The notes under the pieces are model-generated. The model searched no databases. It was not told the DNA's origin and worked only from the letters and a program-made list of their open reading frames with translations. A stretch of DNA of 64,000 bases from an uncultured Bacteroidales bacterium (GTDB taxonomy: Bacteria > Bacteroidota > Bacteroidia > Bacteroidales > CAZJKL01), in NCBI GenBank assembly GCA_964546655.1, contig CAZJKL010000005.1:8220-72219 (forward strand), written 5' to 3'. A program made the position numbers and the translations under genes. This document shows positions 26,516 to 35,728 of the stretch, piece after piece (positions within the stretch are counted from its first letter, which is position 1; each line of letters begins with the position of its first letter).

Positions 26516-27829
26516 TTAATATGTATATAATTCATCTTCTTTAACTTTTTTTACTTTTACTCCATTATACAAATCTTTTGATATAGCAGTATAAGGTGCA
26601 TTTATTATTTCATCATTATTTTTTAATCCTTGAATTATTTGAATATAGTCTTGATCTTGAATACCTGTTACAACTTTTTGAAGTTTTACCTTGCCGTCTT
26701 TATAAATAAATACACATTCGAAAAGCTCGGTTTTATTGTCTTTTTTAATTATTTTTTTTAGCGAAGAAGTATCATCTCTTGTTGTAACACTTTGAATAGG
26801 AACGGATAATGCTTTAAAAACAGTTTTTGTGTTTATTTCAACCGAAGCCGACATTCCTGGTTTAAATGGTGAAATATGTTTTGGAAGTTTTAACTGCAAA
26901 TCTTTATATGATTCGGGTAAAATTCGTATTTCGACATTAAAATTAGTTACTTGCTCTGTTGTAGTTCCTGTTATATTTGCAGAACTTGAAATTTCGGTTA
27001 CTACTCCTAAAAATTTACGATTTAAATATGCATCTATTTCTATTTTTGCTGTATCGCCAATATTAACTTTTAAAATATCATTTTCGTTAATTTTTGTTTT
27101 AACTATCATATTTTGCAAATTAGCAATTTTTAGTATTTCGGTTCCTGCAAATTGTGTTGTTCCCACTACCCTTTCTCCTTTTTCTACTAACAGTGAAGAT
27201 ATTGTTCCATCAGCAGGTGAGAATATGTTGGTTTTCAGTAAATTATCATTTGATTCTTTTAATGAAGCTGCTGTACTTTTAACCGAAAATTGTGCCGATA
27301 ATACATTTTGATAATTTGCATCTACTTCTGATTTTGATGAAAGATATTGTGATTCGGCTACCTCAAATTCTTCTTTTGATATTAGCTTTTCGTACCATAA
27401 TTGTTCTTTTCTTTTATACGATAAACTATCGCTTTTAAATTTTGCTTTTGCCTGAATATATCTTGCTTTTGAACTTCCTAAATTTGATTTAGCATTATTT
27501 AAAGTTGCTTCCATCTTTTCGGACATTGCTAAATAAGCTTCTGGTTTTATTTTCACAAGTAACTGTCCTTTAGTTACTTTATCGCCTTCTTTAATATTTA
27601 ATTCAACTATTTCTCCCGAGACATCTGGCGAAATTTTAATTTGAGTTTCGGGTTCTATTGTTCCGTTTGCTGAAATTGTTTCGGTTATTGTTCTTAATTT
27701 TGCTACTTCGGTTGAAACTGAAATTGTTTCGCCTGTTTCAATAAATCCTTGTTTTTTTGCTATTAACAATCCAATAATCACTATAACTAAGGCTATTACT
27801 GAATATTTAATTACTTTTTTATTATTCAT
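26516..27829 (-). CDS. efflux periplasmic adaptor subunit (HlyD/MacA-like membrane fusion protein)
   Basis: 437 aa with an N-terminal TM anchor, a lipoyl-like G.I.E..+KEGD.V.KGQ.L block, a long coiled-coil hairpin and a beta-barrel C-terminus. Confidence 0.85.
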   Translation of the reverse strand: MNNKKVIKYSVIALVIVIIGLLIAKKQGFIETGETISVSTEVAKLRTITETISANGTIEPETQIKISPDVSGEIVELNIKEGDKVTKGQLLVKIKPEAYLAMSEKMEATLNNAKSNLGSSKARYIQAKAKFKSDSLSYKRKEQLWYEKLISKEEFEVAESQYLSSKSEVDANYQNVLSAQFSVKSTAASLKESNDNLLKTNIFSPADGTISSLLVEKGERVVGTTQFAGTEILKIANLQNMIVKTKINENDILKVNIGDTAKIEIDAYLNRKFLGVVTEISSSANITGTTTEQVTNFNVEIRILPESYKDLQLKLPKHISPFKPGMSASVEINTKTVFKALSVPIQSVTTRDDTSSLKKIIKKDNKTELFECVFIYKDGKVKLQKVVTGIQDQDYIQIIQGLKNNDEIINAPYTAISKDLYNGVKVKKVKEDELYTY

Positions 27830-27852
27830 TTGGTGTATATTTTTTATAAATA

Positions 27853-29268
27853 TTATAATTTCAATTCTTTACCAGTATAAAATTCTAATATTTTTATTTT
27901 AAAAACAAAATCATATTTTGATTGAATCATATCCGATTCAATATTTTTTAAATTATTCCAAGCTTCATTGTATTCAACCGCACTTATAATGCCTTTATCA
28001 TATTTTTCATTCGCAAATTTAAACGATTCTTCGTAAGCTATTAATGCCTTATACGAAGCATTGTATCGCTTAATAGCTAATTTAGCATCGGTATAAACTT
28101 GTTGAATTTTTTTACTAATTTCTAATTTATTGCTTTCATAATTATATTGTGCTTGTAAAATATCAATTTTCGACAATGATATTGAGCTATTTATTTGCAT
28201 TTTGTTAAAAATTGGTATCGACAAATAAATTCCAAATGATTGGTTTAAATTGTCATCTAACTGATTCTGAAAAGGCTTTTTTCTATAAGTATAATCAATT
28301 GAAGGAACATAAACAATGTCTCCTTTATTGGTATATCCTATTTCTTGCAAAATATTGGTTGATGAAATAACTTCATTGCTAGCTCCCGAATATCCTGTTC
28401 CATAAGAACCACTCATTGTAAGCATCGGATATCTGTCTCCTCTTGCCCTTGATAATTCAACAATATTAGCAAATAAATTATTTTCGGCACTTTTAATTTC
28501 AGGTAAATTTTTTAACGATTGACTTAAAACTTCGTTTTCATCTAATAAAATATAATCTTCGGGTATTTCAATATTTTGAGGTGTTTCTATACTAAAATTA
28601 GCTGTATCATTAATATCTAATAACTGTTTTAGTGTTAATCTCGAAATTTCTAAATTGTTTTCGGCTTCTATTACCGATAATTCTTGTGATGCAACCTGAG
28701 CATTATAATCATATAAATTACTTTGAGCTAAACTACCAAGCTCTACAAGTCTTTTAATTTTATCTTTCTTTTCGGTAATTGTACTTAATTGATTATTTGC
28801 TTTATTTAAAATTTCGATATTATATAAAATTTGTAAATAAGCTGAAGCTACACTCAATATAATATCATTCTTAATTTTTTCAACATCAAATTTACTGGCT
28901 TTATAAAGATAATTGTTTTTCTTAATATTGTTTATTGCCTTAAAACCATTAAAAATAACAACCGAACTTGAAATAGAAAATGTATTTGATCTAACTTGTT
29001 CCGAAGCAAATGTATTTGTAAAAGGATCTATTGTTTTTCCAAAATTATAAATATTTGTGGCATTTGCATTTAAGTTAGGAAATAAATTAACCTTGCTTTG
29101 ACTTAAAACTTCTTTAGATGCATCGGTTTTTAATTGATATTGTTTAATTGAAATATTATTTTCTAAAGCATAATTTATGCATTTATCTAATGACCATTTT
29201 TCTTGCGAAAACAGAGATGAATTTATTGTTAAAATGGCTATTAAAAGTATAATAATTTTATTATTCAT
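27853..29268 (-). CDS. TolC-family outer-membrane efflux protein
   Basis: 471 aa with a signal peptide and two tandem OEP-type repeats. Lies directly upstream of the adaptor gene. Confidence 0.85.
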   Translation of the reverse strand: MNNKIIILLIAILTINSSLFSQEKWSLDKCINYALENNISIKQYQLKTDASKEVLSQSKVNLFPNLNANATNIYNFGKTIDPFTNTFASEQVRSNTFSISSSVVIFNGFKAINNIKKNNYLYKASKFDVEKIKNDIILSVASAYLQILYNIEILNKANNQLSTITEKKDKIKRLVELGSLAQSNLYDYNAQVASQELSVIEAENNLEISRLTLKQLLDINDTANFSIETPQNIEIPEDYILLDENEVLSQSLKNLPEIKSAENNLFANIVELSRARGDRYPMLTMSGSYGTGYSGASNEVISSTNILQEIGYTNKGDIVYVPSIDYTYRKKPFQNQLDDNLNQSFGIYLSIPIFNKMQINSSISLSKIDILQAQYNYESNKLEISKKIQQVYTDAKLAIKRYNASYKALIAYEESFKFANEKYDKGIISAVEYNEAWNNLKNIESDMIQSKYDFVFKIKILEFYTGKELKL

Positions 29269-29382
29269 CTATTTTTATTTTATTTAATTCGATAAAAAAT
29301 AAATTAACATTTTGTTTAAGTTTTATAATAAAAAATGAAATCAAAGTTAGTAATATTTTCACACATGTCAATTTAAATATTT

Positions 29383-29390
29383 TATATTTG
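29383..29390 (+). promoter_or_regulatory. candidate -7 box TATATTTG
   Basis: Lies 24 nt upstream of the hemL ATG. Confidence 0.45.
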
Positions 29391-29413
29391 TGTAATTAAA
29401 AAATCAAAATAAT

Positions 29414-30703
29414 ATGAACCGAGAAAAAAGTATTTTTGAACATAACAAAGCAAAAAACATAATACCTGGTGGTGTTAACTCGCCTGTTAGGGCGTTTAAA
29501 AGTGTTGGTGGCAACCCTATTTTAATTAATAAAGGCAAGGGTTCTAAAATATTTGATATTGATGGGAATGAATATATAGACTATGTTAGCTCTTGGGGAC
29601 CTTTAATTTTTGGTCATGCTTTTGAACCTATTATTGAAGCTATAAAAAAACAAGCTGAACTTGGAACTAGCTACGGTGCTCCTACTGTTTTAGAAAATAA
29701 AATGGCTGAATTAATTATAGAAATGGTGCCTTCTATTGAAATGGTTCGTATGGTTAATTCTGGTACCGAAGCTACAATGAGTGCTGTTCGCTTGGCAAGA
29801 GGTTATACTGGTAAAAATAAAATTATAAAATTTGCTGGTTGTTATCATGGTCATGGTGATAGTTTTTTAATTAAAGCTGGTTCTGGTGCTGTTACTTTGG
29901 GTTTACCCGATAGTCCTGGTGTTACCGAAAACATCGCTAAAGATACTCTTACTGCCGACTATAATGATTTGCTTTCGGTTGAAAAATTATTTGAACAATA
30001 TAATAATGATATTGCTGCTATTATTGTTGAACCTGTTGCCGGAAATATGGGTGTTGTTTTACCTAAACCTAATTTCTTAAAAGGTCTTAGAGATTTGGCA
30101 AATAAATATAATTCTCTTTTAATTTTTGATGAAGTTATTACTGGTTTTAGATTAAGTATGGGTGGTGCTCAAGAATATTATGGCATAAAACCAGATATTA
30201 CTACTTTAGGTAAAATTATAGGTGGCGGACTTCCTGTTGGGGCTTATGGTGGACGAAAAGAAATTATGGAAAAACTTGCTCCTGTTGGTCCAATTTATCA
30301 GGCTGGTACTCTTTCTGGTAATCCTTTAGCTATGGCTGCCGGAATTGCTATGTTAGAGAATATAAAAAGCAATTCAAATTTCTACAAAATTCTTGATGAA
30401 AAGGCTTGTAAACTTGAAAATGGTTTATTAAATAATCTTAAAAAGGCTGGCGTTAATGGTATTGTTAATCGAGTTGGTTCTTTAATGACTATGTTTTTTA
30501 ATGATTTATCTAAAATTGAATCTTATGATGATGTAATGAGCTCTGATAGAGATAAATATGGCAAATATTTTAATTTATCTTTAGATGCTGGAATTTACCT
30601 AGCTCCTTCTCAATTCGAAGCGGCTTTTATTTCTTATGCTCACTCTGATGAAGATATTGAAAAAACCATTGAAGCTAGTTATTCAGCAATGTTGAAACTA
30701 TAA
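29414..30703 (+). CDS. hemL: glutamate-1-semialdehyde 2,1-aminomutase
   Basis: 429 aa with [19 protein letters not shown], the [12 protein letters not shown]-lysine block and AGTLSGNP. Confidence 0.95.
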   Translation: MNREKSIFEHNKAKNIIPGGVNSPVRAFKSVGGNPILINKGKGSKIFDIDGNEYIDYVSSWGPLIFGHAFEPIIEAIKKQAELGTSYGAPTVLENKMAELIIEMVPSIEMVRMVNSGTEATMSAVRLARGYTGKNKIIKFAGCYHGHGDSFLIKAGSGAVTLGLPDSPGVTENIAKDTLTADYNDLLSVEKLFEQYNNDIAAIIVEPVAGNMGVVLPKPNFLKGLRDLANKYNSLLIFDEVITGFRLSMGGAQEYYGIKPDITTLGKIIGGGLPVGAYGGRKEIMEKLAPVGPIYQAGTLSGNPLAMAAGIAMLENIKSNSNFYKILDEKACKLENGLLNNLKKAGVNGIVNRVGSLMTMFFNDLSKIESYDDVMSSDRDKYGKYFNLSLDAGIYLAPSQFEAAFISYAHSDEDIEKTIEASYSAMLKL

Positions 30704-30705
30704 TT

Positions 30706-31740
30706 ATGCAAGATTCTATATTTTTAAAAGCCTTAAATGGCGAAAAATGCAATAGACCTCCTGTTTGGTTTATGCGACAAGCAGGGCGTGTTTTACCTTC
30801 TTATATGAAATTAAGGGAGCAGTATTCTTTTAAAGAACTTATGAATACTCCTGAATTAGCTGCTAAAGTTACTTTATTACCTGTTTATGACTTAGATGTT
30901 GATGCGGCTATTTTGTTTTCGGATATTTTGGTTATTCCTGAAGCTTTGGGTATGAATGTAAATTTTACCGATAAAGGTCCTATTTTCGATACTCCTATTA
31001 AAAATAATTATGACAATATTAATAAGTTAAAAGCTGATACAAATAAGCTTAATCATATTTATTCGGCTATTGAAATTATTAATGAAACCAAACCTAAAAA
31101 TATTCCTTTAATCGGATTTTGCGGAGCTCCATTTACAACATTTTGCTATATGGTGCAAGGTAATAGCATTAACCATTCTTTTAATGATGCTATTAATTTA
31201 ATTTATAATGACATTGAAAAAGCTAAAAAGCTACTCGAAATTATCACCGAACTTTCAATAGAATATGCTGTTAATCAGGTTAAACATGGTATTAATGTTT
31301 TTCAACTATTCGAAACTCATGCAGGTTTATTGCCTTATAAATTGTATTTAGAACTTATTTTACCTTATGTAAATAAAATTTTAAATGCTGTAAGAAGTTT
31401 AAATTGCCCTACTATTTTCTTTCCAAAAGGATTGGGACTTGGAGTAACAAAAATTGATTATAATATAACCGATTTTTTAAGTGTTGATTGGCAATCTTGT
31501 ATTTATGATACACGTAAAATTGTAGATAAAAAGGTTGGTTTACAGGGCAATCTCGACCCTAGAATATTTAATGTAACCGATAAAAAGCTTTTATTTAATG
31601 AATTAGAAAAATTTATTGCCTTTGGATCAGAAAACCATAACTGGATTTTTAATGTTGGTCATGGCTTATCGCCAGAAAACTCATTTGATAATGTAAAAGC
31701 TACCGTTAATTGGATTAAAACTACTGATTGGAAAAGGTAA
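30706..31740 (+). CDS. hemE: uroporphyrinogen decarboxylase
   Basis: 344 aa with the PPVWFMRQAGR signature and GNLDP. Starts 2 nt after hemL. Confidence 0.93.
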   Translation: MQDSIFLKALNGEKCNRPPVWFMRQAGRVLPSYMKLREQYSFKELMNTPELAAKVTLLPVYDLDVDAAILFSDILVIPEALGMNVNFTDKGPIFDTPIKNNYDNINKLKADTNKLNHIYSAIEIINETKPKNIPLIGFCGAPFTTFCYMVQGNSINHSFNDAINLIYNDIEKAKKLLEIITELSIEYAVNQVKHGINVFQLFETHAGLLPYKLYLELILPYVNKILNAVRSLNCPTIFFPKGLGLGVTKIDYNITDFLSVDWQSCIYDTRKIVDKKVGLQGNLDPRIFNVTDKKLLFNELEKFIAFGSENHNWIFNVGHGLSPENSFDNVKATVNWIKTTDWKR

Positions 31741-31749
31741 TATTCTTAA

Positions 31750-31805
31750 AAATATCATAATATTTTTCGGTTTGAATCACAAAATATTATAATAATTTGT
31801 GATTT
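31750..31805. repeat. 56-bp perfect direct repeat, copy 1
   Basis: aaatatcataatatttttcggtttgaatcacaaaatattataataatttgtgattt is identical base for base to 33002-33057. It contains a 9-bp-stem hairpin. Confidence 0.95.
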
Positions 31806-31813
31806 CGTTTTTT
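31775..31813 (+). terminator. hairpin terminator after hemE (inside repeat copy 1)
   Basis: aatcacaaa (12-nt loop) tttgtgatt followed by tcgtttttt. Confidence 0.55.
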
Positions 31814-31824
31814 AATTTAACTTA

Positions 31825-32952
31825 TTAGTTTATTAAAAATTCTTCGTAATTATCTGGATTAACAATTTTTACAATATCTGGATTATATGCATTTGTAAAT
31901 GTACTAGATATTTTAACTTTTTTATTAGGATTCCATTTGAATTCAAAAGCACATATTTTTTCATTTTCAACTTCAATATAATCAATTTCTTGTTGTTGTG
32001 TTGTTCTCCAAAAATATGAATTTGTATCCTTATTTAAATAAGCATTCAACTTTAATCTTTCACTAATAAGATAGTTTTCCCATATAACTCCGGCGTCTGT
32101 TCTATGTTTAATATCTGTAAAATTACCTATAACAGCATTTCTTATCCCGTTATCCCAAAAATATATTTTCATTGATTTTTTTAATTCATTTCTAATATTT
32201 TTACTATATGAATTTAGACGAAAAATTATAAATGATTTTTCAAGAATATCAATATATTTTTCTATTGTAGATTTGTCTGCACCTAATAATTTTGACAATT
32301 CATAGTAAGATACCTCACTTCCTATTTGCAAAGCAAGTGCTTTTGTTAACCTTTCAACAAGTACTGGTTTTTTTATATTTTCTAAACTTAAAATATCTCT
32401 ATATAAATAACTTGATGTTAATGATTTTAGCAATATTTTTGAATAATTGTTTTTACTAACAATTTCCGGATAAGAGCCAAAAATTAAACGGTGTTCTAAC
32501 ATTCGTTTTTCATCGAGCAGTCCATTACTTTTCACTAATTCAGAGAAGCTAAATGGATATAAAACAAATTCTATTTTTCTTCCCGTCATTGATTCTTTTG
32601 TGTAATTTGCAATATCAAATGAGGACGATCCTGTTACTATAAGTTGTACTTCTTTAATATTGTCGCTAATGAGTTTAACTATATTACCAATTTCAGGTAT
32701 TTTTTGAGCCTCATCAATTACAACAATTTTTTTGTCTCCAATAATATTTTTAAGTAAATCTGTTCCTGCATTTTCAAACAAACTTCTTACATCTGGTTCG
32801 TCTCCATTAAGTATTATAGACTCTTTTAAATATTGTTTTATTAGCTGATTGACTAAGGTTGTTTTACCAACTTGACGTGCTCCATATATAATTATTGTTT
32901 TTTTTATTGAAAAAAAATCCAATATACTATTTTCAATTATTCGTTTTATCAT
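31825..32952 (-). CDS. COG1373-type AAA+ ATPase with DUF4143 (PD-(D/E)xK-like) C-terminal domain
   Basis: 375 aa with Walker A GARQVGKT, Walker B VVIDEAQ, a wHTH-like DKSTIEKYIDIL block and a C-terminal QEIDYIE...FEFKW motif. Confidence 0.85.
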   Translation of the reverse strand: MIKRIIENSILDFFSIKKTIIIYGARQVGKTTLVNQLIKQYLKESIILNGDEPDVRSLFENAGTDLLKNIIGDKKIVVIDEAQKIPEIGNIVKLISDNIKEVQLIVTGSSSFDIANYTKESMTGRKIEFVLYPFSFSELVKSNGLLDEKRMLEHRLIFGSYPEIVSKNNYSKILLKSLTSSYLYRDILSLENIKKPVLVERLTKALALQIGSEVSYYELSKLLGADKSTIEKYIDILEKSFIIFRLNSYSKNIRNELKKSMKIYFWDNGIRNAVIGNFTDIKHRTDAGVIWENYLISERLKLNAYLNKDTNSYFWRTTQQQEIDYIEVENEKICAFEFKWNPNKKVKISSTFTNAYNPDIVKIVNPDNYEEFLIN

Positions 32953-32968
32953 AATAAATATTTTAATA

Positions 32969-32976
32969 CAAAGATA
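32969..32976 (-). promoter_or_regulatory. candidate -7 box (TATCTTTG on minus strand)
   Basis: The plus strand reads CAAAGATA, 17 nt upstream of the ATPase ATG. It lies inside the segment bounded by the 56-bp repeats. Confidence 0.4.
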
Positions 32977-33001
32977 CTTTATATTTCAATTGTATTCACT
33001 T

Positions 33002-33057
33002 AAATATCATAATATTTTTCGGTTTGAATCACAAAATATTATAATAATTTGTGATTT
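33002..33057. repeat. 56-bp perfect direct repeat, copy 2
   Basis: Identical to 31750-31805. It overlaps the last 19 nt (including the stop) of the gene at 33039-33452. Confidence 0.95.
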
Positions 33058-33452
33058 AAGTCTATTATTCCAAGCCAATTTAATGTATATTCAATGGTTG
33101 AAAACACTTTATATTCAATAGATTTATTTTCAAATAACTTATACAATAAAGCCCCAACAACTTGTGAAGGTGAATTAGTAATAATAGCTACTTTTATTTT
33201 TGTATTAAAAAGCTGAACGGGCTTAATATTATCTGCGTACTCTTTAATTGTTTTTTCTGAAATATTACTCTCTTCTATATTTCTAATATCTATAATTATA
33301 TTAAAATTTGGATTGTAATCAGCATCTTCTATTTGTAATTGTTTCAGATTTAAATATTCAACAAAATCAAAACTTCCACTCAAAACCTCAATAATCAGAC
33401 TCTTATCTTTAATTATATAATATTTATATTGATTTTTTTTCATGGTTTTCAA
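33039..33452 (-). CDS. hypothetical protein (137 aa; possibly STAS/SpoIIAA-like fold)
   Basis: ORF only, 18 nt downstream of the methyltransferase gene on the same strand. The fold guess rests on the alternating beta/alpha pattern and is weak. Confidence 0.4.
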   Translation of the reverse strand: MKTMKKNQYKYYIIKDKSLIIEVLSGSFDFVEYLNLKQLQIEDADYNPNFNIIIDIRNIEESNISEKTIKEYADNIKPVQLFNTKIKVAIITNSPSQVVGALLYKLFENKSIEYKVFSTIEYTLNWLGIIDLNHKLL

Positions 33453-33470
33453 AAAAATATTCTTGCAATA

Positions 33471-34340
33471 TTATTTCTTAACAAAATACGCTTTTATTGT
33501 ATCTCCTTTTCCTAAAATAGAAAGTTTAAGGTTTATTATATTTTTAATTAATTTCAAAAAAATATTTTCTTCTGCTTTAATCCTTATTTTCTCGTCATCA
33601 GAAGAATTTGAAATTAGTTTTTGACTGCTCTTATTTAAACTTTTTTTATATCTTGTTAAGCTTATTCCTGTGGTTAATATGCATTTTTTAACAAAGCCAT
33701 TATTTGACAATAAGCTATTTATGGTTTTTTTGGTATAATAACTTAAATGTTCGGGGTAATAAATAATGCTCCATTTATCTTTTAAAATATCTCGTGAAAA
33801 TGAGTTAAAGTTTGGTGTTGTTAAATACAATAACCCGCCTTTTCTTAACAAATAATTAAACTTTTTTGCTTCTTCCTGAGGATTATAAATATGTTCAATT
33901 ACTTCAAATGAAGTAACTACATCAAAAGAACCTTCTTCAAAATCACTAATATTTAATTCGCCATGATAAATATTAATTCCTTTTTGTTTGCAAATTTCTA
34001 CTGCTTTATCGGTCATTTCAGTACCATAAACTTCCCACCCTCTTTTTTTTGCTTCTTCTAAAAAGTATCCTATACCACAACCAACGTCAATTAATTTATT
34101 TGTTTTTCTGTATTTTTCTAATTTATCTAAAATTTCATTATATCTTTTTATTGTAATTGGCGACAAATAATCATTTCTGCCATAGCCATCGTAATGAGAA
34201 ATTAATTCTTCGTTTGTAGGTATTTTTTTTGAAAAAACAAAACCACAATCGTTACATTTAACTAAATATGCTCTATTATAGCTAGTTAAAGTGTATAAAT
34301 TATCGCTATTACAAATTAAACATTTTTGATGAAAACTCAT
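33471..34340 (-). CDS. class I SAM-dependent methyltransferase with N-terminal zinc-ribbon
   Basis: 289 aa with CLICNS...CNDCGF (4-Cys ribbon) and SAM motif I, LIDVGCGIGYF. Confidence 0.8.
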   Translation of the reverse strand: MSFHQKCLICNSDNLYTLTSYNRAYLVKCNDCGFVFSKKIPTNEELISHYDGYGRNDYLSPITIKRYNEILDKLEKYRKTNKLIDVGCGIGYFLEEAKKRGWEVYGTEMTDKAVEICKQKGINIYHGELNISDFEEGSFDVVTSFEVIEHIYNPQEEAKKFNYLLRKGGLLYLTTPNFNSFSRDILKDKWSIIYYPEHLSYYTKKTINSLLSNNGFVKKCILTTGISLTRYKKSLNKSSQKLISNSSDDEKIRIKAEENIFLKLIKNIINLKLSILGKGDTIKAYFVKK

Positions 34341-34359
34341 TTTTTTTATTTTGAATAAA

Positions 34360-34367
34360 CAAAATTA
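34360..34367 (-). promoter_or_regulatory. candidate -7 box (TAATTTTG on minus strand)
   Basis: The plus strand reads CAAAATTA, 20 nt upstream of the ATG at 34340. Confidence 0.4.
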
Positions 34368-34850
34368 AAAAAAATATGCACTAATTTGATTCTATATATA
34401 ATTAATTATTTACAAGTATTCTTACTCAAAATAAATTTAAGTGTAAATTGTTTAATATAAATACTATTTATATGTCTTCTTATTAAAATAAAAAAGCATT
34501 TAATAAATAACTTAAATAACTATCTATCAAAACAATACACAAAACAACTAAATCATAGATTTAATTGTTTTTTATCACTAATAATAGGAGAATCTTTACT
34601 ATATTGGATTAATTTTTATACTCCAAAAAAGAAATTAAAATAGTTTCTATCAGTATTTTATTTCATATTTAAACCAACATTTTATATTGTATATGGTAAT
34701 TTTCTAATTATCATTACTGTTTCTTAAATTCTAAAATTCATCAATTATTAGCTTTTCTTAATTTGATTGGGTTAAAGTAAATTGAATTGTATATTATCAC
34801 TACTGCTTCAGGAGAACTTACACGATAACTCAGAATCAATTATTTATTTG

Positions 34851-35372
34851 TTAAGAAGGATATATTGTAAAAAGAATTATGTACTTTTCACCAATATTAT
34901 ATCTTTTTTTAGATGTTAATTTTAAAATCGAGCCAACTGAAAAAGGAATAATTCCACCCATAATAGAGAGTAATCCCGACATTTCTAGTCCATTATATTT
35001 ATTATTCTCCACTAACCCAACACCAATCGTAATACCGCCACAAAGAAATAAAGCTGTTCCAATACCCAATAAAATATTAGCATTTTTTAAACGAGAAGAG
35101 TTTGTTATTATAATTTTATTAACTTCACTAAACTTAATTTCATTGTCATTTATAAAAATCGAAGAATCAGTAATATTGCTTACCCAACCATTAAAATCTA
35201 AATTTGAATCATTTAAAATTATTTTTATTTTATCGTCAGTTTTTATAATAACTTTCTTTTTACCGCATTTCTTCTTAATTACCAATTGTGGTTTAAAAAA
35301 ATCTGTTTGAGAAAATAGACTATTAGAAAAAGAGCTTAGAATTAAAATAATTACAACTATTATTATTTTCAT
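34851..35372 (-). CDS. hypothetical membrane/secreted protein (173 aa)
   Basis: Signal-like N-terminus and two Gly-rich TM segments near the C-terminus. Preferred over the antisense ORF 34879-35310, which looks like low-complexity mirror sequence. Confidence 0.4.
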   Translation of the reverse strand: MKIIIVVIILILSSFSNSLFSQTDFFKPQLVIKKKCGKKKVIIKTDDKIKIILNDSNLDFNGWVSNITDSSIFINDNEIKFSEVNKIIITNSSRLKNANILLGIGTALFLCGGITIGVGLVENNKYNGLEMSGLLSIMGGIIPFSVGSILKLTSKKRYNIGEKYIILFTIYPS

Positions 35373-35435
35373 AAAATATATAAATAAAACAGATTTAATT
35401 TTTAGTTGAAAACCAATATTTTAGATTGTATTAAC

Positions 35436-35465
35436 GCAAAAAGAGAGACATAAAGCCTCTCTTTT
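35436..35465 (-). terminator. rho-independent terminator of tRNA-Lys
   Basis: The minus strand reads aagagag (loop) ctctctt followed by ttttt, immediately 3' of the tRNA. Confidence 0.6.
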
Positions 35466-35468
35466 CTG

Positions 35469-35541
35469 TGATTCCTCTGGGATTCGAACCCAGGACCCCA
35501 TCCTTAAAAGGGATGTGCTCTACCTGCTGAGCTAAGAAATC
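35469..35541 (-). tRNA. tRNA-Lys (anticodon UUU)
   Basis: The minus strand reads GATTTCTTAGCTCAGCAGGTAGAGCACATCCCTTTTAAGGATGGGGTCCTGGGTTCGAATCCCAGAGGAATCA. It folds by hand into a cloverleaf with a 7-bp acceptor stem, anticodon loop CTTTTAA and a GGTTCGAATCC T-arm. No CCA is encoded. Confidence 0.92.
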
Positions 35542-35562
35542 ATTATTTCATCAAAACGAGTG

Positions 35563-35570
35563 CAAAGATA
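35563..35570 (-). promoter_or_regulatory. candidate -7 box (TATCTTTG on minus strand) for tRNA-Lys
   Basis: The plus strand reads CAAAGATA, 22 nt upstream of the tRNA 5' end. Confidence 0.45.
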
Positions 35571-35728
35571 TAATCATATTTTTTTTTACAAAACATTTAT
35601 GCAAGTTTTTTTTGAAAAATATTATAAATTTCTGATTTACAGACAATTTAAAATTCCTTAATTTTTATATTTTTCTTTAAATAAAAACTAGTAAATTGCA
35701 CCAATTTATCACATATAATATATTATTT

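Noticed and set aside
26829-27311. 160-aa plus-strand ORF inside the adaptor (HlyD-like) gene.
   Set aside because: It is antisense to a well-supported gene. Its sequence is a low-complexity mirror image with no start context.
31750-33057. Interpreting the 56-bp repeats as integron attC sites.
   Set aside because: There is no integron integrase, only one cassette, and the repeats are identical direct copies rather than imperfect attC-type palindromes of differing sequence. The observation is kept only as a generic cassette-insertion hypothesis.
34341-34850. 510-nt ORF-free AT-rich gap next to tRNA-Lys; considered as an integration scar or RNA gene.
   Set aside because: There is no repeat of the tRNA 3' end, no hairpin-rich or G+C-rich core, and no integrase nearby. 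It probably just holds the promoter and upstream region of the methyltransferase operon.
34879-35310. 143-aa plus-strand ORF overlapping 34851-35372.
   Set aside because: The minus-strand frame has a signal peptide and TM segments. The plus-strand frame is Pro/Ile-rich antisense-type sequence. Neither frame is strongly supported.
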